Part shown: positions 54,119 through 64,000 of the stretch, piece after piece
Numbering within the stretch: the first letter of the stretch is position 1
How the letters are laid out: every line of letters begins with the position of its first letter
From: Paecilomyces variotii
Taxonomy: Eukaryota
Strand: one strand, 5' to 3'
NCBI GenBank assembly: GCA_004022145.1
Contig: RCNU01000004.1
DNA: 64,000 nt
Program-made: the position numbers and the translations under genes
The notes under the pieces: generated by a model
Seen by the model: only the letters and a program-made list of their open reading frames with translations
Database searches by the model: none
Told to the model about the DNA's origin: nothing

Positions 54119-56345
54119 CCATAGATGGATAGAATATCCTCGGATCGAATCAGAATAATGATTAATCCTCGTCAATGTAGATAGCGGATCGGTCCGCGAT
54201 TTAGAGGAGTGTAGTATGGTATAGCATAATACCATGATCGTGATATATAATATTTAAAACTAGGATGCTTATAGAGTATTGCTGTCTAACTATCTAGTTT
54301 AGATAACTAGTATCCGTTTATAGCGATAGATATATCGATATAACTAAACCCCAACTAACTACACCCTGTATCTTTATACGAGGAGGTTTTAAGAATATTT
54401 CTATCAGACAATATATGTACTCGGATGCATTGAAGCTACCTAGTTAGCTAGCCACCTAGCGCGTCTTGCAGAGCGATAGATCATTAGATAGAATGATATA
54501 TATATATATATATATATGAGTGATTTTTAGATATATTTTGAGTCAGTATAATATTTCATTTCTTAGTTTTCTTATTATTATTACTTCACATCCGAAATCC
54601 TTCTTTCTCTTGCATTTCGCTCGTTGCTCGTACTAAACCAAGGCGGTAAGGTACCTACTCACAGGGACGGGAAGTCCCAGCCTGACTCACATTCCGGATT
54701 CATTCATCTCCCCATCATGATGATGACTACCTAGAATACTACATATGACGAAAGACCAACAACTAACCAGGATAGAATTCTAGCTATCATAATTCCATTT
54801 TACACGTGGTAGAGCATACTATACCCTACCACATGCACAGCCATCGCGAGTTAGATCTACTAGTAGTAGGTAGGTACGGTAAGGCCCAACCAGAATGTAT
54901 GTATGTCCTACAGGTAACTATGTATGGTAACATTGTAAGATGCCCAACTCAGCTGATCTTCGCGGGATGTGCTGTGATGTCATATATCGCCATCTGTCCA
55001 CCTGTACAGCCCAACCCCAACCACCAGCTATCTATTAGCCACCAGGCCGAACCGAGCTGAAGCTGAAGCTGAGGAAGTCACTTGCTTACACGTACTCGTA
55101 AGTGAACACCGGAGCGTGGTGTTCCGGAGAAACATACCGTTGTTGGTGGGCTCGGTCAGTTGGGCTGCTACTCTGACCGCCGACTCGCTCGTTATGGTAT
55201 GGTAGTTAGCCGGACGTGGTTCAAGGTGCTGTACGGAGTAGTTACTTTGTAGGTATATCATGATCATCATAATAGTATTCTCATTAACCAACTAACGTAC
55301 TGGTTGCTATTCTCTGAACTACAAGGAGAAATCCACTGCTAGAGTATGTACTGTACCATAGTACCCAGGAATGCAATAACCAAGATAGATACGACCAGAG
55401 TAAGTACACTCGGGCTATCTTCACTCGAGACGTACGGTAACTTGCTTGCACTTCCTGCTACTTACATGTAGAATACAGTAGATAGCACACAACCTTATTG
55501 ACGATGAAGATTGACACACTCTACCATACGGTAAACAGGACACGAAACCAACATGAACAAGTCCCACTCCCCGTGTCGCAGTACCATAAATAATCATACA
55601 GCCTGTATGGTATTGGTACTACAATACATCACATTTATCCTGATTTCCTATGGTAGGTATATGGTATATCCCACCCTTCGAGACGTTTCCGGCAGGAACA
55701 AAAACCGGGGATAAGTATGACGTGCCAAGGAAAAACCAAGAACAAGATCATCGGAAATTTCTATTTTAAAACCGCCCTCCAACAACCCGGAATACTTACT
55801 CGTAATAATAACATAACCAATTTATCTAGAGTCTTCTAAACGCGAATTTTATGAGTAGTTATTGGTATTCTCGTTTTATGCTATCCGTAACGTCAAACTG
55901 GATTTATTATGTAGTGTGTTTGTTTTGAATTTCTATCCACGTGCTGCGGATATATGGTATAATGCGTTCGGTTCGGTTTGGTTTAGTTCAGTGCATACTT
56001 AGAATATAATTTCTCGATCTTCGTTTTGGTTCGAATAAGAGAAAGCGAGGAAAGAGAACGTAAACAAAGGATGTTTTAAATAAGCTTATTTTATAGCTAT
56101 ATATATATATTCTTTATTGAAGGCATTATCTTTTATTAAATTTTGTAGGAGAGGAAGTCACGCCTTAAAGCTTAATATATACAACACAGATTGAAGTACT
56201 ACATTCTCATAATATCCCCAATGTAGTCGCTATCATTTACACTTCAGAAGAAATAGTCTAAGGCTCTACAACCTGAAGGTAAAAGCGGAGCTAGCTATTT
56301 CCGTCCGACAGTTCCTATTGATTCGAGAAAAATCGACGCGTCGAT

Positions 56346-56631
56346 ATGTTACCAATTCGAAATAAAACCCGAAAAAAAAAAAAAAAACTCGGCTGAACAA
56401 CAGGGTAAGTCCAATTAGCATTGTCTGATTTGAAAAAAAAAGAAAGAAAGATATCGCTCTATACGACAAGCAGTGGAGATTTATAATGTTCCCATTCAAC
56501 TCATCAGAACATATTAAACGGCATAGGTTATCGAGCCGAAACACGCACCAGCGGATATAAATACACTAAATTTGAAGAGGATTGCGCTTGTCAAATGGAT
56601 ATTGAATTTTGATATACGTAGATTACCTCGG
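56346..56631 (+). mobile_element. Degenerate 5' fragment of a pogo/Fot1-family (Tc1-mariner) transposase
   Basis: Across several frameshifts it reads MLPIRNKTRK / NSAEQQGK / QLALSDLK / YRSIRQAVEIYNVP / STHQNILNGIGYRAETRTSGYKYTKFEE / ALVKWILNFDIRRLPR. This resembles the psq-HTH plus CENP-B-HTH start of Eurotiales pogo transposases. No DDE domain or TIR was seen. Confidence 0.75.
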
Positions 56632-57695
56632 TTATGTTATCTCTTGTATGAGCATTGGCTAATTACCTTCCAGAATGTACAAATGAACAAAGGCTGGAGA
56701 AAGAATCGGTTTGTAATCTGATCCGACATCGCCATGAGCTCAGATTACAGCTTCATGGAGCTATAACTGTCGTGGTGACTGGGTAAAAAAAATGCGAGTC
56801 ACGAAAGTATGGAGTGGTGGGGACATATGCGTAGAAAACACAATGTTGAGATGAAGAAAACCAATGTTACGATATACAGCCAGCTGTGAACAGTCGATAG
56901 ATTGAAATGAGAACTAGTACCGCCGTTTCTGTATGGGATATCTAGTAGTAAGTAGTGCTCGGGGCAGTGAAGAAATTGATTACAATTACCGTCTTCAATT
57001 CTTGCAATGAAATATTATCTGATATGCTAGAGGAATTGGCTGAAGTTTGCAACGCCTGAGAGACTCTATAGAGGAGGAGCTAAGATCTAAGATGACCATG
57101 GTCGATCTACACTTTCGGTGACACATTCGATCGGGAAACGAACTGCAATCTCGAGTTGACTGCGAGAGTCCTTGCGTTCGCTGTGACTTTTATCTCGAAA
57201 CAACTGCACCTGCACATCTTCCTGGCGCTGGCAATAAGAGCGCTTAACCCTCGACTGACCCCAGCGTCTCTAGCTTTTATCTCCCCTCAGAGACGCCTTC
57301 TGCAGACTCTCTGAAGAGTAGCTAGATATATAACTAACAAGAAATTGCCGGAACAATAAATTATTGAAAACTCTAGGCCAACTATTATTCTTTTATTTAG
57401 CAATTGTTTCTATTTTATTTAAATTTATTTTAATATAGTCCCGGCCAATAATAATGCTTAAAAACTTAGGTTTAAAGATAATAAACTCGCATTTAGACCT
57501 CTCTAGTACCATGGGTATCTAGGGAACTAACTATACCTGACAAGGAGACGTCACTCGAGAGTACCTGAGGCAGAACCTCCGACTGCTGCCTAGGTCTTGC
57601 GCTGGACATTATAACTCTCTTTCCATTTTCACATCTCTCAGTCCACACAACTTATTATCACAAACTTGGTTTTAAACACTTGAAATTCATCAGTC

Positions 57696-58587
57696 ATGGC
57701 GCAACCCACGGTCCCTGGAGTCGTCCACAAGGGCGACCTTATTCTCGTCTACAAACCCAAGAAGGCACACATGCTGCTTGTGAAGTCTGCTCCTAACCAT
57801 ACAGACAACGCAAATGCTATCCCAAATGCAGCGTCAATCACAGTGCAGAAGGTCAACTGGCATATTCCAGGATCTCCTGGTTTCTGGACACTATCTGGCC
57901 CAAAAGTCTACTATATTGATAAAGCCGAAAAAGTAGTCGAGGACGAAGAACTCCACAACAGCAATTTCATCTACAGCTGGTATTGTCTTTATAAAGACCA
58001 TTCTACTGATCTCGAGGAGGATAACCTTGAAGAATTTCTCAAAACAATGGTTTCTGCCAATGCAGATGCGAATGACGACTCTTCAGATGTTTCCCTCATA
58101 GTGAATCCTCACGGAAGGTATGTCTTCTGCTCGGGATCGTGACCGTCTGAAAGTAACCATGGGATATGCTTTATTGACAGGAGTATTTAGGGACGTAATC
58201 AAGCATTATTTCAAAGGAAGCTGCCCTAATTGCGGAACCTTGGGTTGGTTTTGTCCCGGATGCGGAGGAGTGAGTGTACGATTTCCCGATATTTTTGGCA
58301 GCTGTGCGACCGACCAGTCGTGCCCAGTTTGCCTAGGATACGAGTTTGCTCTCGAAGATAAAAGGAGAATTAGAGAACTGCATTCGCCAGAAATGTCGCT
58401 CTCTCTACATAAGGACGGACAGCGCCTATTGGGAATGTGCAAGGCACAAATAGCGAAGATGAAAACTGACACACTGGCGTTGGTAGAGGAAAGATACAGA
58501 CTTATCCACGCCAGAAAAATTGAAATGGGTCTTAAGTTAGAGGATCAGGACAAGCTAATTCAGGACTGGAAGGATAGTCATCTTTGA
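57696..58587 (+). CDS. Uncharacterised 272-aa protein with CxxC clusters; exons 57696-58117, 58191-58587
   Basis: Two ORFs are joined in frame by intron 58118-58190 (gtatgt...attgac...tag). A TATA-like ttataa lies near 57609. Cys cluster CPNCGTLGWFCPGCGG...CATDQSCPVC. Confidence 0.7.
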
Positions 58588-59037
58588 TGGTTACGAGTTG
58601 CGCAGCATTGATCGCGCCCAGAGTCTAACTAAGGATGTTATTTGTCGCTTCGGTGCATTCATTCTGTCGAGGTTGCTTTGTGCTGATGAAGGCTGGTATA
58701 TGTATGTATGGGTGATCAATTTTGCCGTGCGGTCCCGCAGCGTTTCATCTTGTTATGCCCATTTCTATATTGCTGGGTTTGTAACAGGTATCCTGCAGGG
58801 TGCATCCCTATATCCATCGCTCTTCCATATAGGCCGAAGCTGTGAAGAGCGCTAGACTCTGGGTAATCTACATTTATCTTCAATTACATTTTTGCCCGCC
58901 TTTTCACGGTTCATCTTGCCTTGTAAAGGAAGGTCTAATTTGAGATACTTTTACACAATATAGAATCAGGGAAACATAGTATCCATTCGAATATATACAG
59001 CTGGAGCGTCCTTCCTAACCGCGTAGCTTCCAAAATG

Positions 59038-60798
59038 CTAATAGGGAATCTGCTGCGCGAAGTAGTCCTCAAAGAACTGAACGCTTTCGGGCTGGGATAT
59101 GCTGTGATTACCCCAACCATTACCAAGGTGCATAACATATTTGGTAGCCGCATCATTCGGGTACCAGCGCGTTAGGTTAGCACCCACAAACGCCCCGCCG
59201 GTGTTGGGTTCTCCTGTTCTGATAAAGTTGGCCCAGTATCCGCTCATAACATCAGAGATATAGTAATCCTCAGCTGTGAATGGATATGTGTCAGCGTTCG
59301 CGTAGAGGGCGTTGAGAGCGTACATAATCTCGCTCTGGTGAAAGGCACCCTCATCCTGACCCGGAGGAGCATGGTCCCAGTAATATGTGTAAATAGGGCT
59401 GGAGGCAGACAACACCCATTTCTTAGCGTACAACCACGTGCTCACAAGCGAGGTATCGCGTGCTGCAGCGTTCCAAGCCTCGTCGGCATGCGTATCGTTG
59501 TTTAGAGGCGGGTATAGTTCGAGGTAGCGAGCCGACAGGTTGCCATACTTCAAAGTGGTGTAGTTCACATATTCATCCACAGTGTAACCGTTCAATGGAA
59601 GCGTGGCGCCGCTTTCATCCTTGGTGTTTCCGGTAATAAGAGGGACATCATTCGCCGGTCCCACAGTTAGCTGCTCGATGTATTTCATGGGCAGCACATA
59701 TCCGTCTAGAACAGGCTTGAAGATAAGCGGGTAGTTACACGAAAGTGCTGTAACCCACCAGATCCAAGTCCCATTGACGCGGTCACCGGAACCAACTAGT
59801 AACTCTTCAGTGGAGAGCTTTCGGAGCTCTGAAATTGAGCTTGCGTTGTGAAACTTCGTATAGTTAACACCGTGGAAAAGTGCTTCATCCATGTTAACGT
59901 AGGATGTAGCCAAACCCGCTAACAGAGTGTCGTAAGGATACCGAATTCCAGATTCAGAAATAGCGCGATGAAAATAGCCTTTGAACAGCTCACTGTTGAC
60001 AGCATGATAGACCTGAGATGACCCAAAAGATTGACCAGCGATGGTCACACCTAGAATAGAACCTTTAGTACTAAATCTTTCATGACTGGAGAGTTTTAGA
60101 CAAACGTACGATCAGGGTCACCTCCAAAATTGGCAATGTTCTTCTGGACCCATTTGAGCACTTCGAGGAAGTCGAGGACACCGTAATTACCTGACGTATT
60201 ATGCCCAGTAGCTGCGAGACCCTCGGCGTTGAGCTCCGGATGGGCCAAGTAGCCGAAGGCATCGTCACGGCGGTTGAAGGTAACTACAACAACGTCCTTC
60301 AGGGCCAAACCGCCCCCATACCACCAGGGGTTGTCACTCGTTTCTTCACTACCCTGATTCCACACCATGACAGGCAGTTTATCGGTAGATGTGCGGGCGT
60401 TGGTCCAGATATTCAAGCTCAAACAGTCTTCACTGTAATCGGTCGCGTATGATGTTGGACATTGAGGCCCAAATGACGTTGCCAGTAGAGTGTCATTCCA
60501 GGCCTCACGTGGCTGGGGTGCCTTCCAACGATTCTATATTCAATATTAGTATCTGACTCTCGAATTATAGTATTGAACAAACCTCATAACCCGTGTCTGC
60601 AGCATAGGGAATACCCAGGAAGGCAGCCACATTGCTACTTGAAATGTTCCAATAAGTCCTTAATGTACTTTCATTGAAATATTTAAATCCCATAATAGGT
60701 CCATAGGTTGTTTGGATGGTCTTATTATATAGCTGCGCCTGGACAGGCAAGGCCACAAGAGCCATGCCCAGAGCCACCGCAGATTTAAAATGCAGCAT
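59038..60798 (-). CDS. Secreted type-B carboxylesterase/lipase (alpha/beta hydrolase); exons 60798-60583, 60533-60110, 60050-59038
   Basis: Signal-peptide-like N-terminus, FLGIPYA, SEDCLSLNIW, GNYGVLD, NIANFGGDPDRVTIAGQSFG (nucleophile), GNTKDE (acid), GAFHQSE (His) and YWANFIRTGEPN. Confidence 0.92.
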
Positions 60799-60857
60799 AT
60801 TTGAGTTGGTGAATGGTGGGAAAGTATAGCGAGAAACCGCTGGAATAGATAGCAGTT

Positions 60858-60859
<2 letters not shown>

Positions 60860-60905
<46 letters not shown>
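60860..60905. repeat. A46 homopolymer
   Basis: Read directly. Confidence 0.9.
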
Positions 60906-60907
<2 letters not shown>

Positions 60908-61595
60908 AATTCACTCCGAGAAGACTAATATATATCAAAATGGTTTCTAGAAAATATTAGCAGTTGTTGCTAAGCTGAGAAATAATCCACGCCGCGTCAG
61001 TACACTCGTGGGCCATATCTAAGGTCCGCGGAAGTGGATCTGATAAAATTAGGCCGTTAGACGAAAGGACGCGCAAGGCATAGATTCTATATACTAAAAG
61101 TGTAAAAGCGAGTCCCGTGGTAACAACTAATTAATGTTGTAGGCCATTGCTAAAAAAAAATCTGTAAGAAAGCTGAGATGTTCGCAAAGTCACCTTTGAG
61201 ATAGCTTATAAGCTAGCCCGTTAAATTACTGGGATTGCTCGCAAAGCCACCCCCAAAATAGCTAATACAATACGTTAGTTACTCCTCCGCAAATAAGCTC
61301 AGATTAAAAGAGTCCAAATCCAAATCAGCCAACTGCTGGCTCTGAGCGAATGTATGTCATTATTATATATGTAGACGGAAGTCGACTGCACGACTAGACC
61401 AAAAAGGAGAACTCCTTAGAGGTCTGGCCCCTAAGTCTGATAATGTATGTATGTACAATGAAACTCTAGTCCCCCAAATGTACCTGTCCCATGTTATCCA
61501 AGTACTTATCCAGGTATCCAGATCCAAAACAATCAAACCCTCCACCCAATTATCATCCATACCTTACACTCTATTCCCATAAACCAGATTCAACA

Positions 61596-63612
61596 TCAAT
61601 TCAATATCTTGATTCCCTCCAGGACATTCGCATCGCTCTCCTGCCACGGATGGATCTGCTCTATGGATTGAATAAGTGTCTCGTGCCTCTCGCTCCGCGG
61701 CTTGATATTCGTCTTGAACGGGTTCGGATGGCAAACGATTCCCGCTTGAGGGCTGACGACGGGGTCGATTTCCTTGCCCGTCTGATCGACGGCTTTGCTG
61801 ATCTTGAATACAGCGAGGGATTGCACGATGCTAAGGTACAGTGAGTTCTCTGCGAGGATCCGCCCGGGACAGACACGACGACCGAATCCAAATGCGAGGC
61901 TGTGAGGGTCTGGCTCGGGGGTTGGGGAGAGGTAGCGTTCGGGTTTGAAAGCCATCGGGTCATGGTATATCGAGGGATCATGACAGAAGTACCTGAAGAG
62001 GATAGTCAGCGTGTGACAGGGTGATAAAACGGCTGGGTACTGACCAGATGTTAGCAAGGATGACTGCCCCTTTCGGGATGAGATATCCTTCGTAAATATC
62101 ATCCTCCGTCGTCATATGGGGCAGTCCCATCGGTCCAACCGGGTTCCACCGGAGAATCTCTTTCACGATCGCATCTATATAAGGCAGGTTCTCTCGGTCT
62201 TCGAATCCGGGGAGCCTTTCACTGCCGATGACTCGGTCAATCTCCTCTTGCGCTTTCCGCTGCACTTCTGGGTACACGGTCATGGCGAGGAAGAACCATG
62301 CTAGAGATGAGACGGTCTGACTGGGTTAGTCCTGTATCGACAACATGGGGTTGAATCTGTTCAATGCAGACTTACAGTATCTGCCCCACCAGCATAGAGA
62401 GACAACGCAGACCACTTGACCAGAGAGTTCTCGGGGCTGAGATCTCCCTGCTCCAGCAGGCGCGAGAGAAAAGATATCTCATTCTGACCGCGTGCCATCT
62501 GGTGCTTAACGAACGCAAATGGCTTGTCAGCTGTCTCAATCAATGTGTTCTTCCATTTCTCCGCTGTACGCTTGAATCCAGTCCCAGGGAACCAGTCGGG
62601 CAGATGCCTCACTGCTAGGATTAGCTTCTGCACCACATGCCGTATTTTGATACATGAATGCTCACTGAAAGGCATGATGTCCACCAGCCACGCTCCAGGA
62701 ACTGCCGCCTGACCGAATTGGTCCATAGCTTCACCGATCAGATCTACAAGAGCATCCTTGTCATGCGGTTCAACGGTGTATCCATAGATAATCTTCAAGA
62801 TAACTGCTCCAGCTTCCCTAGATTCAACAGTTAACAGCTGCCCCTGACACGGATCTACGATATCGATATCGATATCGATATCGATATCGATATCCTACCA
62901 CAAAAGAAAACGGACGAAACTCACTTTCGAATGTGCTCAACCAAACCATCCGGGTTCTCAAGCACCCGCAATAAGAAATGACCGACTTCAACCACCTGCA
63001 AGTCATTGAATTGCGCAGCAACATTCTTGGAGCCAATGATACGCGACATGTACTTGCGATGCGCACGAAATTGATTCGAGTACGGGGACCCGCCAAGCGA
63101 GTTTTCCCAGCCTATCCTGTAAAGCGGTACTTTTGTCAGATCTCGTACCTCGTATTTTCATAAGGGCGTATGAAACTAGGAGTAAAAGAAGACATGCATT
63201 TCACCAGCGAAAATCTGCTTTGGTCGAGACGAGTGCTTGGAGGATCGCTTCTCCAGAAGTTCAAATGCTATCCGAGCCTCATTGATAATGACAATTGTTT
63301 GGCCCATGACAGTCACCGAACTAATTGGTCCTGTTGGGCCCGAATAGATTAGATATAGGGCGTCATCTTGGTATGAGCCGGAGTTGAAAGGGCATTTCTA
63401 TACGAACCATATAGATCCTTGTGCTTGAGCCAATGGATAAACTCCAACTCGCCGTCTCTCGGGAGATCTGACAGATTCCCAACCAAAAAGCTTGGTTTCG
63501 GCCCCGGGGGCAGCGGTGCTTGCTTGCCATTCTTCAATTGAAGGAGTCGTGATCTGAGAAAGTATAGTCCCAGACCAACGAGAACAATCTTCAAGACGAC
63601 GCCCAAAGCCAT
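61596..63612 (-). CDS. Cytochrome P450 (CYP620/OrdA-like group); exons 63612-63408, 63330-63198, 63116-62925, 62817-62666, 62611-62376, 62316-62045, 61992-61596
   Basis: N-terminal anchor plus PPGPKP, I-helix AGGADTT, KEILR, FKPERY and heme motif FGFGRRVCPG. Six introns, one of them GC-AG. The subfamily is from recall. Confidence 0.93.
62859..62894. repeat. (GATATC)6 self-complementary hexamer array inside P450 intron 3
   Basis: Read directly. Confidence 0.92.
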
Positions 63613-64000
63613 AATACCCCTGTCTGTCTGTCTAGGCGAAGCACCCTTTCCTTTGTTATAGTCGTACCGTGTAATCGTCAGAAGGACTGAATCTGCATGG
63701 AAGAAGAAGAAACAAAAAGGTCGAAGGTTCCTCGACCTTTAGAAATAATGTACAAGCGAAACGAATAAGAACGGAGGGATTTCCCAATGACGATAAATAA
63801 CCAATAATATTTAGAGCGATAGGATGACACGCATCATCCCGTATTACTGCCGATGAAAAGCAATCACAAGGGCAGACAGGGGGGGGGCCTTGGAAAGGCG
63901 TGAGCTTTCACATTCGTATTTCGCGTCCAAGGAAAGTCTCGGATAACTTATTCCATCGCTTCATCGGCCACGAACATGCCACGATCGGGACGCAAAGACC

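Overview
Intron-rich DNA from a filamentous ascomycete, most likely Eurotiales (Aspergillus/Penicillium-like), judged from short introns with CTRAC branch points and from the protein sequences. Positions ~0.4-48.8 kb hold 15 protein genes, mostly housekeeping: RPP0, TRM82, a fatty-acid hydroxylase/sterol desaturase-family gene, HEM12, cytosine deaminase, YDJ1/MAS5, SulP sulfate permease, EMC6, VTS1, TFC4, a patatin-like lipase, an LRR protein, PP1 catalytic subunit, SAR1 and a DUF2457-like protein. A gene-free stretch of about 7.5 kb follows. The accessory-looking right end carries a decayed pogo/Fot1 transposase fragment, an orphan Cys-rich protein, a secreted carboxylesterase with a non-canonical oxyanion loop and a cytochrome P450 that needs a GC-AG intron. 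Exon boundaries were derived by hand from splice signals and frame continuity. I saw no tRNA, rRNA or CRISPR array and no clearly new multi-gene system. The best leads are the right-end accessory block, a five-unit step-type heat-shock element upstream of YDJ1, a B-box-like motif upstream of TFC4, a 3'UTR intron in RPP0 and an apparent frameshift at the VTS1 C-terminus.
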